DNA from: an uncultured Phycisphaeraceae bacterium
GTDB lineage: Bacteria; Planctomycetota; Phycisphaerae; UBA1845
NCBI GenBank assembly: GCA_964648365.1
Contig: CAZYLK010000001.1
Coordinates: 762 to 64,761 of the forward strand
Direction of reading: 5' to 3'
DNA length: 64,000 nucleotides
Shown here: positions 54,501 to 62,262 of the stretch, in pieces
Numbering within the stretch: position 1 is the stretch's first letter
Layout: each line of letters opens with the position of its first letter
Made by a program: the position numbers and the translations under genes
Notes under the pieces: model-generated
The model's input: only the letters and a program-made list of their open reading frames with translations
The model's database searches: none
What the model was told of the DNA's origin: nothing

Positions 54501-55497
54501 GACAGTCGGGGCGCAGCCGGCGCGGGTGGGCCGCCTCGCCAATGTCCATGTTCATTCCGCCGACGATATGCGGGCCTGGCGCGTCGAGTCCAATGGGAAC
54601 CGGCAGGAGGAGGCCGTCCGCCATGCCGCGGCGGTGCTGGCGCCGCTGCCGCCGGCCGAACCTGTTGCGGCCGCCCATCCGCGCGTCGAAGCCGTGGTGC
54701 GCCGACTGGACGCGCGCTACCCGTCGCTTGCAGTCACGTCCGTCCGTGCCGTCGTCGGCGCCAGCGAGGTCAAGCGTACGGCCGACGCCAGTGGAGATTC
54801 CGAGCGAGCCGCGGGCCTCAGCCCGCGCGGACGCACCGGTCAGACATCGGCGGCGGCGGCGCAGGCGCCCGCAACGAAGCAGACCGCCCAGTCGGCGGGG
54901 CAGGCCCGGCCCGATCTGGAGGCGCCTTCCGCGCGCGCGGTTGCATCGGCTCGCGGGGAAGACGCCCGCCGTCGTGGCATCCTGACGCATCTCGTCTTGC
55001 AGCACGTGGATCTGTCCGCGGCGCGCGATCGCCCCGGCGTGGAGGCCGAAGTCGCCCGACTGGTTGACGCCGGGACGCTAGCGGCGGAGGACGTGGAGCA
55101 CGTCGATGCAGACGGCATCGGCTGGTTTGTGACCACCGACCTGGCCGATCGCCTGCGCAGCGCGGGCGGCGCCTATCGCCGCGAGTTCCCCTACATCGCC
55201 CGCGAGGATCCGGCGTTCTTCGACCCGCAGGTGCGGGCGGAGGATGACGAGGATCAGGTGCTCGTGCGCGGCATTATCGACGGCGTCCTGGAATCGCCCG
55301 ACGGGGTGGCCGTGGTCGACTTCAAGACCGACCGGGTCGAACCGGGTGCTGTCGTGGAACGCGCTTTGCAATATCATGGGCAGATGGCGCTGTACGCGCG
55401 GGCGCTGGAGCGACTCCTGCGCAAACCGGTCGCGGCCGCCCACCTGGTGTTCCTGTCGCCCCGGGTGATTCACAGGATCGATGCGCCCGGTCGCTGA
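51529..55497 (+). CDS. UvrD/PcrA-family helicase with C-terminal PD-(D/E)xK nuclease (AddA-like)
   Basis: Walker A AAAGSGKTSVL, VDEFQDINPLQ, SIHMAKGLEFPVVF and VALTRAREKL motifs. The C-terminal nuclease motif is RGIIDGVL...VVDFKTD. No AddB-like gene is in the window. Confidence 0.85.
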   Translation: MSAIAPTPQQRQAIETAGCEVIVSAAAGSGKTSVLAGRCAYLVSEAPAPWRCDADALLVLTFTEAAAAQMRSRIVDRLRERVRQRPEDARLRRQLSLIDLAEIGTLHAFCLSLVRRYFSTLGVDPDVRVLDADEAALIERDAMDGLFERLYARQAVGVTGASGGGNAGADAGRGVADVLAGRFVELVEVYGLGRDAAIAEAVLRLSRFLDSLPDPEGWLHTHVHAAAANPAGLVDRKLAQLRDELARQLEHLRAQWAAIDGQESRCRLVKDALRAYGVQLNEWAAMAAAPAEGADAASAGACLDRLRGAMAAFEFKKPHGVRRRPGEELPPHVRYAVETFDEVQKGLFSGRLMKAFGRFSTAEWIAGAGAVVPHAAALADLAIEFRAEYLARKRALGAIDFSDLERLAYTLLSADGEGGGQVAEELRARFAHVCVDEFQDINPLQAAIIRAVSRTGDGANLFVVGDVKQSIYRFRLAEPELFLEAWRQGRQTDRGGAIPLQSNFRSRSEVIGFANLLFEQLMRPGAGAVVYDDHARLVAGRADAAAPPPQLVELHLLARRLDAAPGSENADESGEHAVDSPPPDGDDAVRAFDPTDPAEWNPIEREAFLIGRRIGQLMTDGSVTPDGKRLQYRDIAILLRSTKVNAAQVAAMLTSMGIPVHSDAAVPFLSSQEVREMLDALRVLDNPRQDIPLAGVMRTGVLGESFTEDELVEIRAMDRSVAFHQAVHRFGQSGPAGATQRKLSRLLATIDQYRHEAGTRPLADVVWDIYDRGGYLAHVGGLPRGLHRRANLIHLHERARRFGTFRRQGLHYFLRYIELLESRDADLSDSAPSPGAEDAVRIMSIHMAKGLEFPVVFLAGTGTRFNMQDSRGMILFSRRSGIGLRVVDRDKYVHYPGLAHSLVVDEVERDAREEELRVMYVALTRAREKLIVIGTPVCKDIDEWVAAARGTGRPPTLYAVDRAGCMLDWIVPCMASAPVGDVAWPEGASSTTVGAQPARVGRLANVHVHSADDMRAWRVESNGNRQEEAVRHAAAVLAPLPPAEPVAAAHPRVEAVVRRLDARYPSLAVTSVRAVVGASEVKRTADASGDSERAAGLSPRGRTGQTSAAAAQAPATKQTAQSAGQARPDLEAPSARAVASARGEDARRRGILTHLVLQHVDLSAARDRPGVEAEVARLVDAGTLAAEDVEHVDADGIGWFVTTDLADRLRSAGGAYRREFPYIAREDPAFFDPQVRAEDDEDQVLVRGIIDGVLESPDGVAVVDFKTDRVEPGAVVERALQYHGQMALYARALERLLRKPVAAAHLVFLSPRVIHRIDAPGR
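54806..54831. repeat. H4 hairpin inside the AddA-like coding sequence
   Basis: gagccgcgggcctcagcccgcgcgga, translated in frame as SERAAGLSPRGR. Confidence 0.85.
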
Positions 55498-55516
55498 CCG
55501 GGGGATGGAATGCTGT

Positions 55517-58500
55517 ATGCGAGTGCTTGGCGGCTACGACGCGCAACTGGATGCACGGGTGCGGGAACTCGGCCGTGAGATCTTCGAGCGGGCGGCCGAC
55601 GCGACCCCGCGGTTCGGGCAGCGCGCCTGGGCGCTGGAGAAGCTGACCTCCTGGGTGGACAGCGACCCGAAGCTCAAGGCGGCGGCCTTCGAGTTCGTGG
55701 CGACGCTGCCGTCGCTGCGGGATGACCATGACATCGCCCGCCACCTGGCGGAGTTCATGGCACAGCGCGAGGTTGATCTGCCGCTGCCGGCGCGGTGGGC
55801 GCTGGGGCTGGGTTCAGACCACCGGTTGCAAACCGGTGCCACATCGGATCACCGGTTGCAAACCGGTGCCACATCGGATCACCGGTTGCAAACCGGTGCC
55901 ACACCGGATCACCGGTTACAAACCGGTGCCACACCGGATCACCAACTGGAGACCGGTGCCACAGGGGACCACCGGTTGCAAACCGGTGCCACAGGTGACG
56001 GCAATGCGACGTTGCTCTCGTCGCTGATCGGCGTGATGGCCCGTCGCGGGGCGTCCGCGATGGCGGAGCGCTTCATCACCGGGCACGACGAGGCCAGCGT
56101 CACGGCGACCCTGGAGCGATTCCGCTCGCAGGGCATGACGTTCACGCTCGACGTGCTGGGCGAGTCTACGACCAGCGATGCCGTAGCGGAACGATATCTC
56201 AACACCTACCTCGAACTGATCGAGCACCTGTGCCCACGCGCGGCCACGTGGTCGAACGCGCCGACGATTGACCGGACCGATCGCGGACAGCAGCCGCGGG
56301 TCAACATTTCCATCAAGCTGACCGGCCTCGATCCGCACTTCGACCCCGTCGATCCGCAGCGTTCCATTGACGAAGTCTGCGCCCGCATCACGCCGCTCCT
56401 GCGCCGGTCGCGGGAACTCGGCGCGTTCGTCAACGTGGACATGGAGGCCTTCCGCTATCGCGACCTGACGCTCGACCTGTTTGAGCATCTGATGATGCGA
56501 CCGGAATTCCGGGATTGGGAAGATGTCGGCATCGTGGTTCAGGCCTACCTTGCGGACGGCGAGCGTGACCTGGCCCGTCTGCTCGACTGGGGTCGCAATC
56601 GCGGTTCGCGGTTCGCGGTGCGACTCGTCAAGGGCGCTTATTGGGACACAGAGGTCGCGCTGGCGGCGGAGGCGGGTCTGCCTCCGCCGGTGTGGACGCA
56701 GAAGTGGCAGTCCGACGCCTGCTACGAGCGCATGACGCGCGTCATGCTCGCCCATACGGATGTCATTCGACCGTGCTTCGCCAGCCACAACGTCCGCTCG
56801 CTGGCTCACGTGCTGGGCACGGCCGAGCGATACGGACTGACGCCGCGGTCGTATGAAGTCCAGATGCTCTACGGCATGGGCGACCCTCTCAAGGATGCGA
56901 TGGTTCGCATGGGCCAGTGCCTGCGCGTCTACTCGCCCTACGGCGACATGATCCGCGGCATGGCCTACCTGATCCGCCGGCTTATCGAGAACACGTCGAA
57001 CGACTCGTTCCTGAAGCAGGGCTTCACGCATCGTGCGGGCTACGACCGTCTGCTCGCCGATCCCGCGATCGCCGGGCCGGCGAGGAACGGGCGGGGCGGC
57101 AGCGGCAATGGCGCGGATTCAGGTGCGCCCGAGGCATCGACGCCCGGAGTCGCGCAATCCGACTTCGGCCGTCGCGAAACCCGCGACGCCATGACCGCCG
57201 CGCTGAAGCGCCGGGGCGACGTTCCGACGTTCATGCCCTACGTCGCCGGTCGGTTTATCACCGCGACGGCGACGGAGGATGCCGCGGATGCGTCGCGCCC
57301 GGGCGTCGCCATCGCCAGGATCGGTCTGGCCCGGCCGGCGGACGTGGACGATGCCGTCGCCGCGGCCCGAACCGCCGCTGCCGCGTGGTCTGCACGCAGC
57401 GATGCGGAGCGCCGGGAGGCGGTGGCAGCGCTGACGGAACGCATGATCACCCGGCGGATGGAACTGGCGGCGTGGCTGATCCGCGACGCTGGGATGACAT
57501 GGCGTGCGGCGGACATCGAAGTGGCGGCCGCGATCCGTGCCTGTCGCCGGTGGGGGGCGACCCTGCCTGCCGCGACTCGCCCGGGCGGCAGGGTCTGGGC
57601 AGCGTTACTGCCCTGGAACGCGCCGCTGTCGGTGGCTGCGGAAGTGCTGGCCTGCGGGTTGGCCGCCGGACGGGCCGTCATACTCAAGCCGGATCTGCGC
57701 GCCGCTTGCGCCGCCTGCGTGCTGGCGACGCTCGTCGACGAGTTGGAGCTGCCCGCGGGTCTTGCAGCGATTGTTGCCGGGCCTGATCCCGCTACGGCTG
57801 GACGCCTGACGCGGCATACCGGCGTCGACCGCCTGATTCGTATCGGCCCGCCCGATCCCGACCTGGACGCCGCATCCGGCGAGGGGGCCGGGCGTGCCTT
57901 CGGCCGGACGTTTGTGCCCGATTCGGTGGTTGTCGTCGGGCACACGGCCAATCTCGACGCAGCCGTGTGGGGTGCGGTCCAGTCGGCGTACGACTTCGCC
58001 GGGCAGTCGTTCTCCGCCGCCAAGCGGATTATCGTCGATGCGGCGGTCCACGACGCGTTCGTCGAGCGGCTGAAGGAGGCGGTCGAAAGCCTGATGATCG
58101 GGCCGGCCGATGCCCCGCTGACGCTGGTCGGGCCGATGATCGACGAGGCGGCGAGGGAGCGGTTTCGGCGATCCGTCGCAGCCGTGGCCTCGATCTCTCG
58201 GATCGTCGTCGATCGCACCGCTGCCGCTGACGCGGCGTCCGGCTGCGTCGGTCCACTGCTTCTGACGGGGGCGCAGCTCGCGCCCGCGGCGATCGGCCCC
58301 GTGGCCTGCGTCTACAGAGCCGCCAGTTTCGAGCAGGCGTTGCGGATGGCGAACGCACGCCCCGCACCCGCGGCGGCGGTCTACACCCGCACGCCGTCGC
58401 AGCTTCGCGCCGCTCGCATCGCCCTGGCGGAATCGGAGGTTACGATAAACACGCCGGTGGCTGGCGGAGGCTGGGGCGGCCTGGGGCAGTTGGTTCTATC

Positions 58501-58606
58501 GGAGTCCGGCGCCGAATCCGGCATCGTGGCTTCCGCGGCAGGCCCGGTGACGGCCGCAAGCGGGACAGGTCGGGATCGCGCCCCGACGGGCGCAGGCGCG
58601 CATTGA
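55517..58606 (+). CDS. putA: PutA-like fusion: proline dehydrogenase domain + aldehyde-dehydrogenase-like domain (the latter apparently lacking catalytic residues)
   Basis: N-terminal arm KAAAFEFVATLPSL. ProDH barrel motifs VRLVKGAYWD and RVYSPYGD...YLIRRLIENTSNDSFL. ALDH fold markers LLPWNAPL and VILKPD, but GQSFSA stands where GQxCxA is expected. Start alternatives are 55481, 55505 and 55517. Confidence 0.8.
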   Translation: MRVLGGYDAQLDARVRELGREIFERAADATPRFGQRAWALEKLTSWVDSDPKLKAAAFEFVATLPSLRDDHDIARHLAEFMAQREVDLPLPARWALGLGSDHRLQTGATSDHRLQTGATSDHRLQTGATPDHRLQTGATPDHQLETGATGDHRLQTGATGDGNATLLSSLIGVMARRGASAMAERFITGHDEASVTATLERFRSQGMTFTLDVLGESTTSDAVAERYLNTYLELIEHLCPRAATWSNAPTIDRTDRGQQPRVNISIKLTGLDPHFDPVDPQRSIDEVCARITPLLRRSRELGAFVNVDMEAFRYRDLTLDLFEHLMMRPEFRDWEDVGIVVQAYLADGERDLARLLDWGRNRGSRFAVRLVKGAYWDTEVALAAEAGLPPPVWTQKWQSDACYERMTRVMLAHTDVIRPCFASHNVRSLAHVLGTAERYGLTPRSYEVQMLYGMGDPLKDAMVRMGQCLRVYSPYGDMIRGMAYLIRRLIENTSNDSFLKQGFTHRAGYDRLLADPAIAGPARNGRGGSGNGADSGAPEASTPGVAQSDFGRRETRDAMTAALKRRGDVPTFMPYVAGRFITATATEDAADASRPGVAIARIGLARPADVDDAVAAARTAAAAWSARSDAERREAVAALTERMITRRMELAAWLIRDAGMTWRAADIEVAAAIRACRRWGATLPAATRPGGRVWAALLPWNAPLSVAAEVLACGLAAGRAVILKPDLRAACAACVLATLVDELELPAGLAAIVAGPDPATAGRLTRHTGVDRLIRIGPPDPDLDAASGEGAGRAFGRTFVPDSVVVVGHTANLDAAVWGAVQSAYDFAGQSFSAAKRIIVDAAVHDAFVERLKEAVESLMIGPADAPLTLVGPMIDEAARERFRRSVAAVASISRIVVDRTAAADAASGCVGPLLLTGAQLAPAAIGPVACVYRAASFEQALRMANARPAPAAAVYTRTPSQLRAARIALAESEVTINTPVAGGGWGGLGQLVLSESGAESGIVASAAGPVTAASGTGRDRAPTGAGAH
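55820..55993. repeat. Six tandem 30-bp copies of the H1 hairpin inside putA, in frame
   Basis: caccggttgcaaaccggtgccaca + 6 nt, with copies starting at 55820, 55850, 55880, 55910, 55940 (degenerate) and 55970. They are translated as DHRLQTGAT[SPG] x6. Confidence 0.95.
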
Positions 58607-58686
58607 GCGGGGGTGCGACGGCGGAGCCGCAAGGGGTTATAATTCAGGAGTTGATCCCGGTAGCCGCTGCGAGCGATGAGACTGTC

Positions 58687-59076
58687 ATGGATGCAGCCCA
58701 GAATAAGCCTTTCCGACTCACCTGCGCGGCCGTCGGTGTCACCGTGCTCCTTCTGGTCGTCACCGGCTGTCACGGCCCGAACTACGACGCCACCCGCGCG
58801 AGGCGGGACGCGAACATTCGGTACGCGATCGGCGTTCACGAGACGCGCGAGGCCCGCAGCGATCAGAACCGCAGCGAAGTCGCCGCGTTCTGCGATGCAC
58901 GGGAAGCCTATCACGCCCGCCGCCTGGTCCGGACGCAGGGCTACCTCGCGTCTGAAGTGGAGCGGCGCGACCGCCAGTGGCACGAGCGGCAGCCCATGTA
59001 CCGGCGGTGGATCGACAAGGCCTTCGAGGGCGACGAGGACACCGCCCGCCGGGCCTTCTTCAAGATCGTCGAGTGA
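58687..59076 (+). CDS. Small lipoprotein, function unknown
   Basis: MDAAQNKPFRLTCAAVGVTVLLLVVTGC (lipobox VTGC) followed by an R/E-rich helical sequence. The start was set to ATG 58687. Confidence 0.55.
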   Translation: MDAAQNKPFRLTCAAVGVTVLLLVVTGCHGPNYDATRARRDANIRYAIGVHETREARSDQNRSEVAAFCDAREAYHARRLVRTQGYLASEVERRDRQWHERQPMYRRWIDKAFEGDEDTARRAFFKIVE

Positions 59077-59310
59077 TCGCTTGCGTTGATTGTCCCGCGG
59101 CCAACCGCTAGATTGCCCGTGGCGGCGTCGGCGGCGCGGTGTGGACGCCCCACAAGCGGGGCGTTCTGCGTTGTTCCCCGCCCCAAGGCGAAGCGTGTTC
59201 GGCGGACGATCGGGGCTGCCGCTGTCGGCGCGGCACGCGGTGTGCTTCCCGTCTCGCCGGTTCCGCGGGCGACGGCCCGCGCTGCTTCAACCGTGACGGA
59301 GATCGGGGCA

Positions 59311-60099
59311 TTGAGAATCGCGACAATCATCAAACAGGTGCCGGACTCAAACGCGGCCATCCGCGTCACCGGCGCCGGCGACGGCATCGAGACCGCGGGT
59401 CTGAAAATGGTGGTGGACCCGTTCGACGAGTTCGGCGTGGAACTGGCCGTCCAGTTGCGCGAGAAGCGCTCCGACGTCGAGGAAATCGTTGTTTTCACGC
59501 TCGGTCCGGAGAAGGCGTCCGAAGCGCTTCGCACCGCGCTGGCGATGGGTGCGGATCGGGCCGTTCACGTCAATGACGAGTCGCTGGTGAGCTGCGATGA
59601 GGTCTATTCCGCGGCGGTACTGGCGGCTGCCATCCGCGCCGAGGGAGACTTCAACCTCGTCCTCTGCGGCAAGTACAACATCGACCTCGACGCCGGCGCC
59701 GTCGGCCCGGCCGTGGCGGAGTTCCTTGGCATCCCGCACATCGGCGCCGTCACGGGACTCGATATCGAGTCCGATGGCCGCTCGTTCGTGGCCCGGCGTC
59801 GCATCGAAGGTGCGGAAGAGGTGCTGGCCGGCGGCACTCCGGTCGTTCTGACCATTGAGAAGGGCCTCGTCGAGCCGCGCTACCCGTCGCTGCCGAACCT
59901 GATGAAAGCCAAGAAGAAGCCCGTGGCTGCAAAGAAGGCCGGCGACCTGCCCGGCGTGGCTGGGCTCAAGCCGACGCTTACGCTTGAGTCGATGAGCCCG
60001 CCGCCGCCGCGTCCGGAGTGCAAGTTCATCGAGGGCGAACCCGCCGACATGGCGCGGGAACTGGTGCGGCTGTTGCGGGAAGAGGCCAAGGCGATCTGA
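59311..60099 (+). CDS. etfB: Electron transfer flavoprotein beta subunit
   Basis: The N-terminus is (L)RIATIIKQVPDSNA. The body is ETF-beta-like (VLCGKYNIDLDAGAVGPAVAEFLGIPH). A probable TTG start lies at 59311, in frame with ORF 59086..60099. Confidence 0.85.
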   Translation: MRIATIIKQVPDSNAAIRVTGAGDGIETAGLKMVVDPFDEFGVELAVQLREKRSDVEEIVVFTLGPEKASEALRTALAMGADRAVHVNDESLVSCDEVYSAAVLAAAIRAEGDFNLVLCGKYNIDLDAGAVGPAVAEFLGIPHIGAVTGLDIESDGRSFVARRRIEGAEEVLAGGTPVVLTIEKGLVEPRYPSLPNLMKAKKKPVAAKKAGDLPGVAGLKPTLTLESMSPPPPRPECKFIEGEPADMARELVRLLREEAKAI

Positions 60100-60116
60100 A
60101 GCGAGTGACCGAAGCC

Positions 60117-61109
60117 ATGAGCAAGAACATTCTCGTCGTCGTCGAGCAGCGTGAGGGAAAGGTTCTCCCCGCGTCGTTGCAGTTGTTCACCGTTGCCCGG
60201 TCGCTCGCGGGTTCGATGGGCGGCAGCGTTGATGCCTGCCTCCTCGGCCCCGACGCCGCCGGATTGACCGGCGCCGTCTCGGCGTATCAGCCGGCGCGCA
60301 TCTTCACCGTTGCCAGCGCGGAACTGCGCCACTATCGCGCGATGCCGTTTACCGGCGCGATCTGTGCCGCCATCGACGCGGCCGGCGCGGGGCTCGTACT
60401 GATGACCAACAGCGCGCTGGGTCGCGACGTGGCCGCGCGGGTGGCGGCGCGGAAGCGGGCGGCTCTGGCGATGGACTGCACGGAACTGGCTGATCAGGGC
60501 GGACGGCTGATCGCCGCCACGAGCAACTATGCCGGCAAAACGCTGGCGAAGTATGCGCTGGCGACCGATGGTCTGAGGGTCGCCACGATTCGGGCCAACG
60601 CCTTCACTGCGCCCGACCCCAACCCGGGCCACACCGCGGAGGTGCAGGCGCTGGCCTTCGAGCCTGCCGACACTGACAAGCGCCTCACCGTCAAGGAGGT
60701 CGTGCAGACCGGCTCCGGCATCAAGGACGTGACCGAGGCGGACATCGTCGTTTCGGGCGGACGCTCGCTGAAGAGCCAGGAGGCCTTCGAAAAGGTGATT
60801 TTCCCGCTGGCCCAAGCGCTGGACGGCGCCGTGGGCGCATCGCGTGCGGCGTGCGACGCGGGCTATCAGCCGCATTCGCGCCAGGTGGGCCTGACCGGCA
60901 AGGTGGTCACGCCGGTGCTGTACGTCGCCTGCGGCATCGACGGCGCGATCCAGCATCTGGCGGGCATGCGGGGCAGCAAGGTGATCGTCGCGATCAACAC
61001 CAAGAAGGAGGCGCCGATCTTCGGCGTCGCCACCTACGGCTGCGTGGCGGACCTGTTTGCGGTGGTGCCGGCGTTGACGGAGGAAGTGCGCAAGCTGCGC
61101 GCGGGGTAA
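60117..61109 (+). CDS. etfA: Electron transfer flavoprotein alpha subunit
   Basis: MSKNILVVVEQREGKV N-terminus and the C-terminal FAD-binding signature GASRAACDAGYQPHSRQVGLTGKVVTPVLYVACGIDGAIQHLAGM. Confidence 0.9.
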   Translation: MSKNILVVVEQREGKVLPASLQLFTVARSLAGSMGGSVDACLLGPDAAGLTGAVSAYQPARIFTVASAELRHYRAMPFTGAICAAIDAAGAGLVLMTNSALGRDVAARVAARKRAALAMDCTELADQGGRLIAATSNYAGKTLAKYALATDGLRVATIRANAFTAPDPNPGHTAEVQALAFEPADTDKRLTVKEVVQTGSGIKDVTEADIVVSGGRSLKSQEAFEKVIFPLAQALDGAVGASRAACDAGYQPHSRQVGLTGKVVTPVLYVACGIDGAIQHLAGMRGSKVIVAINTKKEAPIFGVATYGCVADLFAVVPALTEEVRKLRAG

Positions 61110-61124
61110 CGGGCGAACGGCGAC

Positions 61125-61772
61125 ATGGCGAACGGGTTTCGGATCACTATTACGGCCGGGGCGGGGCTGGTCGGTTCGACCGTTCCGCTGAAGCCGGACG
61201 ATTCCACGACGATCGGCACGCGATCTACCTGCTCACTGGTCACGCCGTCGGACCGGGTGGCCCCCGTCCATTGTCGCATCAGGCGTGAGGGCGCCGACTG
61301 GATGCTGCGCTGCGAGGTCGATCCGCGCACCGGCAAGCCGTGCAGCGTGATCGTCAACGACGGCCGGTGCTCCGAGACGCCGCTGCGGCAGGGCGATCGC
61401 ATCGAGATCGGCTGCTACCGGCTCCGTTTCGATGAACCCGACGCCCCTCCCGATCCGTTCGAGGCGCTGGCGCCTCCCGTTACGCTGTCGGTGGTTCCGC
61501 CGCCCCAGGCGCCGACGCCGCGCGTCACCGCGCTCGCCGGGGAGCGCGTCTTGATCGGCAGCAGCCAGACGGCCCTCTGGCGCCTGCCGGACCGAACGGT
61601 TTCACGTCACCACTGCCGCGTCGAGTTTGACGGCAAAGCCTGGCAGGTCCGCGACCTCCAGAGCCGTAACGGAACCTACGTCGACGGCTACCGCGTGGCG
61701 TCCGGTGCGCTCGAGCACGGATCGCGGGTACTAGTCGGGCGGTATCGGATCGACGTGGCGATCGAGGCGTAA
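61125..61772 (+). CDS. Protein with two FHA domains
   Basis: There are two copies of the FHA pattern: TIGTRSTCSLV...VHCRI...VNDGR, and LIGSSQTALWRLPDRTVSRHHCRVEFDGKAWQVRDLQSRNGTYVDG. Confidence 0.8.
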   Translation: MANGFRITITAGAGLVGSTVPLKPDDSTTIGTRSTCSLVTPSDRVAPVHCRIRREGADWMLRCEVDPRTGKPCSVIVNDGRCSETPLRQGDRIEIGCYRLRFDEPDAPPDPFEALAPPVTLSVVPPPQAPTPRVTALAGERVLIGSSQTALWRLPDRTVSRHHCRVEFDGKAWQVRDLQSRNGTYVDGYRVASGALEHGSRVLVGRYRIDVAIEA

Positions 61773-61797
61773 GCACGGTGCATTGCGCGCCGCCCGC

Positions 61798-62262
61798 TCA
61801 GCGAGATGTTGCGGGCGGTCTGCGCCGCCGACTACAGTGCTTCGCGATAAGCCGCCGGTGCGAAGCATTCTGGTACACGCTCCCTTTCGGAGACAGTATC
61901 CGGGGGTTCGTGAAGTCGGCGTGGAGGTCGGTGTCGTTGGAACACAACAGGCGGACCCCCGACACGCGGGCAACTGCGAGAATGTGCTCGTCGTCGGAGC
62001 GGCAGAGTCCTTCCCGCGTCAGATGCATGGCCTCGCCATCGACGGCGCCGTCATCGAGCTGTCGGCAACGGCCGGCCCGGTCCAACTCGAGAATGATCGG
62101 CTGGATGCTCCGCAGACGCTCGTATTCGAAGCGCATTCGCGTCCCGCCGATCACGGCGACAGCCCGGCCGCGCTTCAGCGCGTCGTAAACAGCGCGAAAT
62201 GGACCGGTGGCGGGCGCTGCGAAGACGTCCGGAGCGACGTTCGTATCAACGACCAGACACAT
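61798..62262 (-). CDS. PIN-like domain protein (putative nuclease), translationally coupled to upstream ATPase gene
   Basis: MCLVVDTNV (first acidic motif), SDDEHILAVA and LLCSNDTDL (PIN-like acidic residues). Its ATG shares one base with the ATPase stop (TGATG at 62260-62264). Confidence 0.65.
   Translation of the reverse strand: MCLVVDTNVAPDVFAAPATGPFRAVYDALKRGRAVAVIGGTRMRFEYERLRSIQPIILELDRAGRCRQLDDGAVDGEAMHLTREGLCRSDDEHILAVARVSGVRLLCSNDTDLHADFTNPRILSPKGSVYQNASHRRLIAKHCSRRRRPPATSR

Noticed and set aside
55820-55993. CRISPR array (regular 30-31 bp periodicity here and at 46403-46487)
   Set aside because: The variable spacers are only 6-7 nt, and the repeats are perfect palindromes shared with dispersed solo copies. 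No cas genes are in the window, and this array is translated in frame within putA. It is a REP-like hairpin array, not a CRISPR.
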